Shown here piece by piece: positions 50,808-62,941 of a stretch of 64,000 nt of DNA. The notes beneath the pieces are model-generated. The model saw nothing but the letters and a program-made list of their open reading frames with translations, was not told where the DNA came from and made no database searches. The stretch lies in NCBI RefSeq assembly GCF_964204645.1, contig NC_134034.1, positions 6,174,914-6,238,913 of the forward strand, written 5' to 3'. The stretch is from Tubulanus polymorphus (taxonomy: Eukaryota; Animalia; Nemertea). Both the position numbers and the translations under genes were made by a program. Position 1 is the first letter of the stretch. Each line of letters begins with the position of its first letter.

Positions 50808-51485
50808 GATCGAGCAAGGCGAAGAATGAAACATCCACCTCACAGATCTGGTGTTGCTCTGCATTCAGCTGTTGATACTAAATTAACGAGCAACTCTCCG
50901 TTAGAAGGCAATTTATCATCTAAAAGTATCGATGGGTGTGTGACAAAAACAACTGGCGTATGTTCAGAAAACAACTCCAAAAAAATGTCAGATGCCAATA
51001 AGCTGAACAGTTCACACTTGGAGCATAAAATCCCGGAATCTTATGCTGATATTCTTCCCACTTCTGAAATAAATCGATCATCAGTGAATGGCATATTAAA
51101 TAAAAATGACCCGTCAGTTGGACAAATAAGCATACAGGGTCGATCAGTACAACGGTCCCCAGTTGTTGAGGACTATTTTTCTCGTAAAGGAAAAGTACCG
51201 CGGCAGTCAATATCTAACATTATTAATGGCAATGATGTCCACGAAAATGCTGATCATTGTGAAACTTTTCAAAATGACCAGAAAGTAGGTGGTTATAGCA
51301 AAATCAATCATAATGCTGGACAACAACAGGCGACAACTATTGTAGGTGATGTTGAATTTGGCGATATTGATGATCTGGATAGTGAGTTCAATGAATTGGA
51401 ACTTGGAAAACCAATCAGCATGGATCATCATATACAACAATCAAAGTTTTCAAATGCTAAGCCAATTGATCTTCAAACTGCTATT
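50808..51485 (+). CDS. MINDY4: MINDY4 exon 5 (large disordered region ending ...AKPIDLQTAI)
   Basis: TTTCAG acceptor, 678-nt open frame, ATT|GTAAGC donor. The PIDL motif precedes the MINDY catalytic domain. Confidence 0.85.
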
Positions 51486-52057
51486 GTAAGCACAATAATC
51501 TTTAATCCTTTGCTATTATACATAGTCATGTAGGTTTTCTGCATGTTAATGCTGTAGTCAATTCAGTATTTATTGTTTTATTATCAGATGCAGTTATTGA
51601 TCTACAAGATCCTCAAACTGGTTCCAAATTTCTTTTTCACATGCATCTCACACATAGCTCTATCTGATCCATGAAGTAGTAACTACTGCTGCATGAAAGG
51701 TTTATGCTCTGCATACCTAGTGAAATTTCAAGCACGCTCTTTGTCTTTAGATTATAAGCTGAATGAAACCCCTGGTCCATCTAAATACAATTCCAAGAAA
51801 AAACATTGCTAGCCTTCATACATAACATACTCCTTTAGGCTGAAATGTAAGCTTACCTTTGTAAGCTGTGAAAATCAGTGAGAATGTGTAAATTTTTACT
51901 TACCGTATATACTCGCGTAAAAGTTGACCTAGGATTTTGGCCTAAGAAGATTTTTCATGTAATCCATGTAAAAGTGGGGCTCAGTTTTAGAGTATCATAA
52001 ATAATATAGAAATCAATATAATTTTTGTGACCAAATCTCAGAAATGAACCGACTGCT

Positions 52058-52512
52058 CAGGCGCGGATCCAGGGCCATTCGGTGACTACAGCACAGTGAA
52101 AAAAGGGCACCAACTTTGAAAAGGGCCAGTATTAATGCCCAACGAGCGAATTTGAGTTTGAACGCCATTTATTGGTATCATGCCACTAAATTTGTATTCA
52201 CATTCAATTTGCATGAACCTTTTTTAAGATTTTTGGCGAAATTTTCCCTTTTCCAATTAGATTTTTAGAGCAACATAATGTCTCTTTTAGAATAGTGCCC
52301 TTTTGAGTAAAGGAAAATGCCTTAGATTGCCTTTTTAGATTTTGGGCAATTTATTTTCATTCACATTTTGCTTTAGTCCTAATACAGAAAGGTAATTATT
52401 TTTTATCACAAATTGTTATTTACTGTTTACCCGAAACATAAATTTTTCAAGGGCATTTGAAATCTGCGACTACCGCACGTGCTGCATGTGCGATAGTCTG
52501 GATCCGCGCCTG
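52058..52512. mobile_element. MITE with CAGGCGCGGATCCAG TIRs and 5-bp TSD
   Basis: Perfect 15-bp TIRs with CTGCT on both flanks. Related ends at ~6380-6432, 31293, 34247-34261 and 37798-38130. Confidence 0.85.
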
Positions 52513-52999
52513 CTGCTGTGCAAGCGAGTGTTGCACTTTATAATCTGGCGCTGGTTTAATAGGCTGGTATCTGGTATTAAGGTTAACCTGAGGTCTATCT
52601 CAAATTAATTTTAAATTGAGTAAACCCCCAGTTAAAATTCAATATTAGTCTATGAAACTGGGCCCGGGTTTCTTGCTCTTCCAATGGTCTTCGATGCCCA
52701 ATTAGTGAACATTATGAGACATAATTGTTAGTGCTCTAGACACTTGATATGAGGTAGCTATCCCTAAAAAGCCAACAAGGTGAACATCTTGAATTTCTCA
52801 TTAGTGCTCTACACACATCAAATTATGTGCATTTTCTTTTTAACTCGTTAGGTGTTATGAGGTTGGCACACTCATTATACTGATTGAAAAAGGGGTCATG
52901 AAGAGGTTTTTGAAATATGGCTAAAAGTAATTTTTATCATCAATTATAACCTAGTTAATGGTTAGTGGTCAAGAAATTTATTTAGCATTCTTCAATTAC

Positions 53000-54469
53000 T
53001 GTAAAAAGGAGACTTTTGATCGACAGATGAGTTTTTGATGAGTTTTCCGTCGTCTTTAGTCAGAAGGTTGCACGAATTCGTGATGATCTTGATTGCTCTG
53101 GAAATGAGACTGTCGCAGAATCGAGCTGTTTAGTTATGCAGCCTATCAAACAATTCGCACTCACTTCGGATGACAAACTTAAACGTCTGGTTATGTCTCT
53201 ACCTGCCAAGAGTTGTGAACTAGACGTATAGGCCCCACTCCGCGCGGTTGCGCCACCGCGCAGTATTTACGCGAAGCAGCAGAACACAAACATGGCCACT
53301 CTCTCAATTTTCAATGATAGAAATCGGGTGTGCATTTCAATTATTTCGGCTGTTAGGGTTTTAAGGCACAATATAAGTTGATGATGTGATATGGCGATGT
53401 TAATCAATCATAATTCCGCAGTGAAGCTAGTCACGAACGGTGCCGATTAAGTGTACAGCTGCCAAAAGTACTGAAATGTGCGTAGTTGCGTAACTATTTG
53501 CAGTGAATTGCAGACGAAACATGAAGCCTTAACGGCCGTTAAAAAAAAATTATACCAATCGCAATTGTAAAATAAAAATGAGATAGAACCTAAGTTAAAA
53601 TTCTGGCCATTTCTAAAATGTTATTACTAATTTTTAGTCAGTGTGGAAAGTTTAGTTTTCCAACAATAATGAGGGGTGGTAGGTAGTCATGCAATTCAAG
53701 TCATCATTTATTACACGTTACTTCCGTGTTGTTGAAAATCTCGCGAGTCCTGGACCAAACCCCAATGAACAATGTGATCTGCACTACCCATTACACACTC
53801 CAGTACCCACAGCTTTTATATATCCATCCAAATATTTAGTGTCTTTCTTCCTGGATCCAATTCCTACCAGTCTACTTAAGGAATGTATTGAACCACTTTT
53901 ACCGGTACTAGTTCGTATAACTAACATGTCCATTACCAGTGGACATGTACCCATAGTACTTAAACACGCGATTGTTAAACCTCTTCTTAAGAAAACTAAT
54001 CTCAACAAAGAGGAACTGTCTAACTATCGACCAGTTTTTAACTTGAGTTTCCTTTCGAAGTTGGTTGAACGCATAATAGCTGCCCGACTGAGGAGGCATA
54101 TGGAGCTTAATGTACTGTATGATCCCCATCAATCAGCCTATCGCTGTGGGCATAGCACTGAAACTGCCCTTCTTAAAGTTTCTGACTTCATAATGTCAGC
54201 ATTAGATAATGGTCATGAGGCTTTGTTGGTCCTTCTGGATTTATCGGCTGCATTTGATACCGTTGACCATCAGATTCTATTACAAAGACTTCATGCGCGA
54301 ATGGGAATATGTGATGGTGCTTTGTCTTGGTTTAGATCGTATCTACACGGGAGGAGTTATTCACTTTGTGTTAAATGAGAACTGTCTACAGTTGTATAGA
54401 AGGCATTATGTGGAGACAGCGCACTGAGCATGGAAACACGGATTCTGCGCTATACAAGCTCTTATTATT
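53000..54469 (+). mobile_element. L2/CR1-group LINE fragment (RT), interrupted at 53225-53855 and internally deleted
   Basis: KSCEL|DPIPTSLLKEC...NYRPV.NL.FLSKLVE...QSAYR..HSTETALL...LDLSAAFDTVDH. L2-type 3' tail AGCGCACTGAGC..GCGCTATACAAG..TATTATT. The 5' boundary is approximate. Confidence 0.88.
53220..53855. mobile_element. TIR-less element with CT(A/G)GA terminal direct repeats, copy 1
   Basis: Splits the L2 LDP codons; highly similar to 54824-55505; GC-rich hairpin near the left end. Confidence 0.8.
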
Positions 54470-54823
54470 TGACAGTGCTGATTTAATCCCAACCCGGAAG
54501 TGTGACGTCATTCTGAGAACTCAGACAAAAACCACATGGTGTAGTGTATAGAAACGGGTGTTACTAACAGTGATTAAAATGCAAAATAGTGACTCAAATA
54601 CATCTGATTCCAATCAAAAGTTTATGAAGCAGTTGTTATTAATTGACTGATTTGGACCTGACGCCTCAAAACGAAGAAATTTGGGACTATAGTGGAACCT
54701 CGTTCTAACGAACCCCTGCGGGAAAAATAATAAGATGGTAATATCGGATAGTTCGTTAGATCCGTTTCATATCATTTATGTATGAAAAGAGAACACCCCC
54801 TGGTGTGATGAAACACGAACCAA

Positions 54824-55505
54824 CTGGACGTATCGGCCCCACTCCGCGCGGTGGCACCACCCTGCGGGATTTACGCGAAGCAGCAGAACACAAACACGGC
54901 CACTCTCTCAATTTTCAATGATAGAAATCGTGTCTGCGTTTCAATTATATCGGCTGTTAGGGTTTTAAGACACAATATAAGTTGATGATGTGATATGGCG
55001 ATGTTGATTAATGATAATTCCGCAGTGAAGCTAGTCACGAACGGTGCCGATTGAGTGTACAGCTGCCAAAAACACTGAAATGTGCGTAGTTGCGTAACTA
55101 TTTGCAGTGAATTGCAGACGAAACATGAAGCCTTAACGGCCGTTTGAAAAAAAAATTATACCAAATCGCAATTGTAAAATAAAAATGAGATAGAACCTAA
55201 GTTAAAATTCTGGCCATTTCTAAAATGTTATTAATTATTATTACTAATTTTTAGTCAGTGCGGAACGTTTAGTTTTCCAACAATAATGAGGGGTGGTAGG
55301 TAGTCATGCAATTCAAGTCATCATTTATTACACGTTACTTCCGTGTTGTTGAAAATCTCGCGAGTCCTGGACTAAACCCCAATGAACAATGTGATCTGTG
55401 TGCTGGCCACAAATGCACACAGATCACACTACACTACCCATTACACACTCCAGTACCCACAGCTTTCATATATCCATCCAAATATTTAGTGGCTTTCTTC
55501 CTGGA
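54824..55505. mobile_element. TIR-less element with CTGGA terminal direct repeats, copy 2
   Basis: CTGGA at 54824 and 55501; carries an extra 33-bp internal hairpin segment relative to copy 1. Confidence 0.8.
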
Positions 55506-56272
55506 TTGGAGTAGACCTACTATTAAAGTATAAATACTGACAGCTAATAAATCACTTATTGAGAACTGTAAACTATGAAATGAAATATAAATTTAAACCA
55601 AATTCAGAGATTCTCTCTGTTAACTTTGAGTGGCAAATACATGTATTGGACACATGAGTCCCTCCCAAAGGATGCAATGGAATGAGATCAAGGAAATGAA
55701 TGTAACAATGCTATGCCAGTTAAAATGTCAGAACAATTTTAAAACTTCAGAGCGTTTAGTCCCTATTTCAGTTTCTCAGATGGATCGTGTTGCGTAGTAC
55801 GTTTTCATTAAGCATGTGTGCAGATCACTGTTAACGGGCTGAAACAATGACCAACTACCATATTACAAATTGTAGCAGCCAGCAACACGTTAATCTGTAT
55901 CACTAATCTCAGGTAAATAAAGCAACTCTGTCTCTCGGTTTGAAACTGACAATAAATAAACAAGTGTGATTGATCGTGGCTTAGCGATCATTAGAACCGA
56001 TGAAAATATGTAATAGGACTCCAAAACTAAGGTCGTTATAACCGAAAGTTTGTTAGAAAAGGGGTTGTTTCCGATAAAATATAACTGTAAATGAGAAGGA
56101 TTTGGCCGTAAACTTGTTCGTGTAGTATTCCAGCCAAGCCTGCGCCGACCCATGTAATTGGAATGTGCTGCATACATTCGTAGCCAGCCAGTATGTTGTA
56201 TATACTACAGCTTAAGTGGGTCACCGGGGAAAGCCAGTACTATATGCGCAGTGAAAGCGCGTATCTCTTTTT

Positions 56273-57390
56273 TAGCCCACTTGGGACTTAAGTCCCAGCG
56301 GGCTATTGCGTTCAATTTTCGTCCGTCCATCCGTAGACGGAATCCAGTTATTTTGGGAAGTTTTGAAGACGCTTCAAGGTAATGTCTTGATATTTGGTTT
56401 ATACATGTATCTACCCTGGACACATCTTCAGCCCAAAAACTGGTCCTGTCAGAATCAAGATGGCCGACTGGCAGCCATTGTTGTTCGCCAAAATCAACAC
56501 TTTTTACACGTTTTTACAACTTTTTGAGGGAAATTTTGAAGACGCCTTGATCAATTACCTTGATCTTTCGTATATAGGGCCTATTTGAATCCCCCACGGC
56601 CCATCAGCATAACAAAAATTGGGTAGATCAGACTCAAGATGGTCATCCTAGGACCTTTTAAGTGCCCAAAAATATCAATTTTGGCCCGAATTCTGAGTCC
56701 TGTAGTTTCCTACTGGTTTGCCATTTCTCATTGGATTTGCTGATGGGTATTCTTTGGAAAGGGATGTTTTATACCTGAGACAGGTATTTTTGATCAGCCA
56801 TTTATGACGCAATTGGCGGCCATCTTGGTGTCATTAATACTCATTCGTAGGTGGGAAAAAGTTTTTTAACATTATATTGATACCGAAGCATATTTTGTTA
56901 CAACAATGAATTATACAGTTGTAGCTTATAGCGTGTTCTATGATTGTGGTGAGTTTCAAGTTCATTGGTTATTATATATGGCCACCAGGGGGCGTTGAAT
57001 TATACAATATCGTAATATTTCTATATTATATTTGTACCAATACCTATTTTGTTACCACAATCAATTGCAAAGTTGTAGCTCATGACATTGTCTATGATTG
57101 TGGCGAGTTTTAAGGGAATAAGTTATTCTATATGGTCACCAGGGGGGATTGAAGAGTAGAATAACTTTGTAATATTTTAATATTTCCATATTAAATTGGT
57201 AACGAGGCATATTTTGTTATCACAATCAATTACAAAATCGTAGTTGCTGACATGTTTTATGATTGTGGTGAGTTTCAAGGTCATTGGTTTTTGTATATGG
57301 TCACCAGGGGGCGTTGAATATTGAAATTGTTAGATTGTTGAGCATTTGAAACCACTTCCCAAGTGGGCATGGTGTCCCTGGACCCCTAGT
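56273..57390 (+). mobile_element. Helentron family A copy 3, 3 tandem units
   Basis: Same termini; inserted in a T run (TTTTT|TAGCCC ... CTAGT|TT). Confidence 0.88.
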
Positions 57391-58366
57391 TTACTAAGTA
57401 TTGAATTCGCGGGAGTAGCATCAGTTGGCAGAATGAAAGGCTCTCAGATAATGAAAACATAAGTTTTGTGTATCTGAGTTTATATCTGCCGTCATATTTG
57501 CGAGAATCCTTCTCTAAAGTGCGAAGCTAGTTTACACGTAGGCTGGATGTTTTTCCTTTTAGTCTTCTTACGGTCCATTATCTTAAGCACCGAAATCTGT
57601 GGTTTTGTCTCTGCTTTTGTGGGAAGAGTTCATAGCTACACACAGCCAAGTCATTTCAAAAATTGGCGCTATATTCGACAAAAATGAGCATTGTATTATA
57701 ACGCTTCTGAGTGTGCTGCAGGCGATGTGTGCTCAGAATGACTTCATCAATATCACCGTGCAAACACGAGCAACCCGTTGCTAGGGCTTTTGCTACGGGC
57801 TTTTCTTGAGTTTGGATAATGTTTTTACTAAAAGATTAGATTTAAAGATTTTTTTCAAAACCTCTTCATGACCCCTTTTAGTCAATCACTCTTCCAATAT
57901 GGTTTCCATGGCAGACATCCAGAGATAGGTTTTTTACTAGCAAATATTGGGAAACTGATGTTTGATTCTTATACAGTACTACAGTAGAACTCGCTTAATT
58001 TTTCCTTCAGACTTTTAAATGAATATTATGAAAACTGGACTCGAGAGAACAACACCTTAGGTCCTCTAGTTTGTTCTTGTCAAAAGAGGAGTTGAATATT
58101 AACAAACAGTAGGCCCTAATCCCATCGCTACAGCATAAGTATAAATAAGAGCAGTGTTGCCTCTGCCTCTGCCACTCTGCCTCTGCCGCTTCTCTGGGCA
58201 GCCACCTTTGAATGTAATATCGTCTTGATACTAGCTTGCACCAACTAATTACACTACTATCTATACTAAGATGTATGTTATCCACATCCATTGATGCTTA
58301 TTGCTGTTTTATCTGGGATGTACTGTACTGTGTGCCTTTCACATGAATAAAACATTTAATTTTCAG

Positions 58367-58483
58367 GATTTGAAAATGGTGATATTTGGCTCAGCTAATC
58401 AAACATTTAATGATGAATGGCGATATCAAAGTTTAGTCTTCTTGGATTTACCACACCTCTCATATGGCATACTTCAGAAAAAG
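58367..58483 (+). CDS. MINDY4: MINDY4 exon 6, start of MINDY domain (DLKMVIFGSANQTFNDEWRYQSLVFLDLPHLSYGILQKK)
   Basis: TTTTCAG acceptor and AAG|GTTAGT donor; 117 nt. FG...FN.EW..QS..F......YGI.Q.K is the segment just before the GGPCG catalytic motif, which I did not find in the window. The six exons sum to 1413 nt in frame. Confidence 0.93.
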
Positions 58484-60296
58484 GTTAGTGCTATACATTT
58501 TCTAGTCCTTTCTGTAATCATATGGTATTTGATTTTGTGTGTACGTTCATTTATCAAAAATGGAAAGTACAAATAAGTCATCGGTTGTTGGCTGATATCT
58601 ATGTAATGAATTTAATGATTATGAAGGTATGTTAAGAAAGAAGTGGTTTTTAATGGTCGAAGACCATAGGCACGGTCTCTAGTAAGATTCTGCCTTTCAC
58701 CGAACAACACCTGTAGTATAGCTACTGCCATGGATATAGTCCCATAATGAATACAGAACTGATAATCCGACAAAAAATTGTCCCTAACGCGTCATTTGCC
58801 TTTATCCATGATCCTAGCTATGACTACCATAGCCTGTTGTACTTAGGTTCCCAAAATCGTAATGAATTATGGAAAGTTTTAAGTGGCATGAAGGGCCTAC
58901 CTGTCAGTGAATTGTCTATATCGGTTTTACCCGGCAATGAAGTGTTATCCCCATCATTATCCTCACAGGTGCTCGCGCACAGATACATTTGTAAGTAGTT
59001 CATGGAAACTGCGCAGTTCATGGTTTACACTGACTGGGAGTGGATCGTTAGGGTTGTCTCTGCAGGGTTTGTCAGTGGCTAGCCCAGATTTTATGTAATC
59101 TTGAGAGCACTGCAAGTGAGGGATTTTTTACCTTGAGTGAGTAAGCACATGTAGTAGGCTAGAGACAGCAGTGCTGTGTACACACAGCCAGATAAGCGGC
59201 TGCATCTTGCCTTGTGTGAACACAGGCTGTCTCAGATTGACTGACGAAAAATAAGCTGTTTGGTGCGTGTAGTGGAAAAAAGATATAAATATAGCTGCAT
59301 AGCAGCGATAACGGGTTTCTGCCTAAATGGTTCATATGTCGAACTGGGAAGCGTTTCATCGAAATAATTCTAGCCCAAAACATTTGACTATTGCCAAGAA
59401 ACGCAACATGATGCAACATTATGCTGGATATGTGGATATCAGGAGTCCATTTGTCAAAGCATCGAAGTATAATACAGTTCAACTTGTTTATGTCTCAGAT
59501 GGAGCGCGCGGGGCAGGGTTGTCATTGTATTGCTGACTTATCCAAATTACACTTACACAACGCAACGTTTTTCAGTGTGTAAACTCCGTCGTACTCTGCG
59601 TTACAGGACAGTGAGGAATTGTATTTTAGCCACCTGAGCCCTTGGCTTGATTCGAGCAAAAGATCTTAAATGACTTCACAGAATTTGATTATAATTCTAG
59701 AATTTTTGAAGAATGCTTTCTCTGGAATACGTACTCCTGAATACATTAGTAAAAAATTAGTCCGTCGTAGCGTTCGTCCGTCCGTAGACAAAATCCAGTT
59801 ATTTTGGATTCTCAGATTCAAGTTGGCCAACTGGCAGCCATTGTTGTTCGCCAATATCAGCACTTTTTACACATTTTCGAAGTTTTCGAGGGAAATTTCG
59901 AAGACGCTTTGATCAATTACCTTGATCTTTCGTCTATATTTGAATCTACCAACGGCCCATCCGCATAAGAACAATTGGATCGATCTGACTCAAGATGGCC
60001 GTCCTACGACCTTTTTAGTGCCCAAACATGTCAATTTTGGCCAGAATTCTAGGTCCTGTAGCTTCCTACTGGTTTGCCATTTCTCATTGCAGTTTGTGAT
60101 GGTTATTCTTTGTAAAGGGATGTTTTATACCTGAGACAGGTATTTTTGATCAGCCAATTATGACACAATTGGTGGCCATCTTGGTGTCATCAGTACTCAT
60201 TCGTAGGTGGGAAAAAGTTTTTCCACATTAAATTGATACCTAAGCATATTGTGTTACTATATTCAATTGGAAAGTTGTAGCCCATAACGTGTTCTA

Positions 60297-61291
60297 CAGA
60301 GATGCTAGTTTTCCGGAAATATCCGGAATTCCGGAAATTTAGGATCGCCGATGTCAATTCCGGAAATTGGGTGAGAATTCTTGCGGCGACCAGTAATGGC
60401 ACGGACTGTAAAAGCGTTCGTTTGCTTGTACTCGTCATCGCTTCTGTGTTATTTTATCTTGGTCTCTGTTTCCGAGGACGTTCTGCTACAATGTATATAC
60501 GTGTGCTTGTTGTGGTATCTGTGCGTGCATAGGCGGAGTGCCACTGTTGTGACTCCATTTCCAATTAATAGTCAAATCTTTACGCGCCGTTGTACATCGT
60601 CCCACTGACGGCCAACAATGTGAAGATGCACGTGGTAATAATTAAGATTATATTTAATAAATATCATCTCAATTATTAGCACGTGCGTGCTATGTCCTGA
60701 GGCACGCAGCTTTGTAACTTTCTTTTTACCTGCAGCTGTCAAGCGGGACGGTCTGCAAAATGAGCACGCACGGAAAGATTGTCAGTCGGGAGTCGGCCGA
60801 TATAAAGGCAATTGACAGCGGTATAAAAAATAAATTTAACTGGCACTGGCTAGAGTATAAGGACAGTAACGGGGACTACTTATCAAACTACATTCGTAAG
60901 TTAGACTTAGCTGGCGTGGCGTACTGCATCGTTTGTAAAGACCAGGTCAAATACGGTAGTGGCGAGAAAAAAGATATTCTTCGTCACCCGGATAGCGCGC
61001 GGCATAAGAAGGCAGCGAGGGGTGTGAAGCACAACGAATGCCTTCCGTCGTATTTTGAGATGGAAGATGCCGATCGTGATACTGCCGCTAGTACATCGAC
61101 ACAAGGAAAAGTATCTGTCCCGTATGGTGCTGCTCCGCATATTGAAAATGTAGTAACAGTTACCGAGACCACCCAGATCGCTCTAGAACGCATCTCCGGC
61201 GGTGCAAAAACGCAAAATTTTTTCTGGGGGAGGGCCTCCAGACCCCCTTTCTAAATTCCGGAATTTTGGTACTTTGGCCCTAGCATCTCTG
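60297..61291 (+). mobile_element. hAT-like deletion derivative with 12-bp TIRs and 6-bp TSD
   Basis: TIRs CAGAGATGCTAG / CTAGCATCTCTG; GTTCTA duplicated relative to the intact host unit; subterminal TTCCGGAA repeats at both ends. Confidence 0.85.
60760..61254 (+). pseudogene. Truncated transposase N-terminus with BED-like zinc finger
   Basis: FNWHWLE...AYCIVC...DILRH...ARH (C2H2) inside the TIR element. No DDE domain; the frame runs into subterminal sequence. Confidence 0.7.
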
Positions 61292-62190
61292 GTTCTATGA
61301 TTTTGAAGAGTGTCAAGGTCATTGGTTTTTGTATGTGGCCACCAGGGGGTGTTGAATAATACAATAAATTAGTATTTCTATATTATGTTTGTACCTATGC
61401 ATATTTTGTTACCACAATCGATTGCAAAGTTGTAGCTCATGACATCTTCCATGATTTTGGTGAGTTTTAAGGACATTAGTTATTCTATATGGTCACCAGG
61501 GGGCGTTGAATAGTAGAATAAGTTAGTATTTCCTTATTAGATTGGTACCTAGGCATATTTTGTTACCATGAACAATTGCAAAGTTGTAGTTCATGACATC
61601 GTCTATGATTGTGGTGAGTTTTTAAGGACATAAATTATTCCATGTAGTCACCAGGGGGCGTTGAATAGTAGAATAGCTTAGTATTTCCTTATTAGATTGG
61701 TACCTAGACATATTTTGTTACCATGATCAATTGCAAAGTTGTAGATCATGACATCGTCTATGATTGTGGTGAGTTTTTAAGGACATTAGTTATTCCATAT
61801 AGTCACCAGGGGGCCTTGAATAGTAGAATAGCTTAGTCCTTATTAGATTGGTACCTAGGCATATTTTGTTACTATGATCAATTGCAAAGTTGTATTTCAT
61901 GACATGTACTACGATTGTGGTGAGTTTGAAGGTCATTGGGTTTTGCATATGGTCAACAGGGGGCATTGAATAGTAGAATAACTTAGTATTTCCATATTAA
62001 ATTGGTAACGAGGCAAATTTTGTTATCACAATCAATTACAAAATCATAGCTGCTGACATGTTCTATGATTGTGGTGGGTTTCAAGGTGATTGGTTTTTGT
62101 ATATGGTCACTAGGGGCGTTATGTATTGAAATTCTAAGATTGTTGAGCATTTGAAACCACTTCCCAAGTGGGCATGGTGTCCCTGGAACC

Positions 62191-62769
62191 CTAGTTTCCC
62201 TTGATGCTGTTGACTTCTTCGTAGCCGTCGTTTGGCATCAGTTTCTTCATTTGTTCGGTTGTCGCCTTATGTGTTCTTGCGATGTCCAGGGCATCGTCAA
62301 TCGTCAGATTCTCTCTCCCGATAAGCTTTTTCTGTACCAGCGGATGCGCTGTCTCTATTATTAACTGTTCAATCAACCTCTCGTCGGTTTTGGCTTGATC
62401 ACAGAACTTGCATTTCGCGGCAACAGTTCGGCATTTCGTGATGAACGCATCTACAGTCTGCACATCACTTTGTCGCAGGCGCTGCAGCTCAAACCCTGAC
62501 AGCCGATGGTTTGTTTTAGGCTCAAGATGGGTCTTGAATTTGTCAAAAATCGTTTCCGGATTTACTGAGTCTTCTGTGGATAGATTCCATGTGTTGTACA
62601 CTCTTCGGCCTTCATGGCATACCCACATTAGCAGATATGTAGCGTGACATTTAGCTGCCTTTTCACTCAACGGGCCTTTAAAAATCAACTCACAGTAATG
62701 TCGAAACTCACTAAAAGCTGTTGAACCCCAGTCCATCACTGGCGGCGTAACTCCACTCAATTCACCCAT
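62191..62769 (-). pseudogene. Ty3/Gypsy Gag fragment
   Basis: Retrotransposon Gag pattern (LLMW..EG..VY, F..HLEP..N, Q....VDAFIT.CR..A.KC.F, LT.D.AL.IAR). It follows a PBS and is cut off by the Helentron end. Confidence 0.85.
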
Positions 62770-62941
62770 TCTGTCCCGTTATAGCAGTCGCTTAGTCACT
62801 GTCGCAAGATTCTTCACCCTACTACCTTCGGCCTTAGCCCAAAATTTCACCACACAGGACACCCCCAGTAAAATGTTAAAAATCACACTTACGCCTTAAC
62901 ATCCGAAAGTCTTCTGATGTGGCATGGCATATCGTTCTTCA

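Larger units (their letters stand above)
59760..62195 (+). mobile_element. Helentron family A copy 4, 6 tandem units, rearranged 5' end, interrupted by a hAT-like element
   Basis: Colinear with the other copies from ~59770 and ends CCCTGGAACCCTAGT. The 5' boundary is approximate. Confidence 0.82.

Noticed and set aside
50826-51533. Standalone 235-aa gene
   Set aside because: It is bounded by splice sites in phase with MINDY4 and is better explained as exon 5.
53689-54378. 229-aa ORF as a functional fusion gene
   Set aside because: It is a chance in-frame join of an inserted element with a truncated L2 RT that lacks the YADD region.
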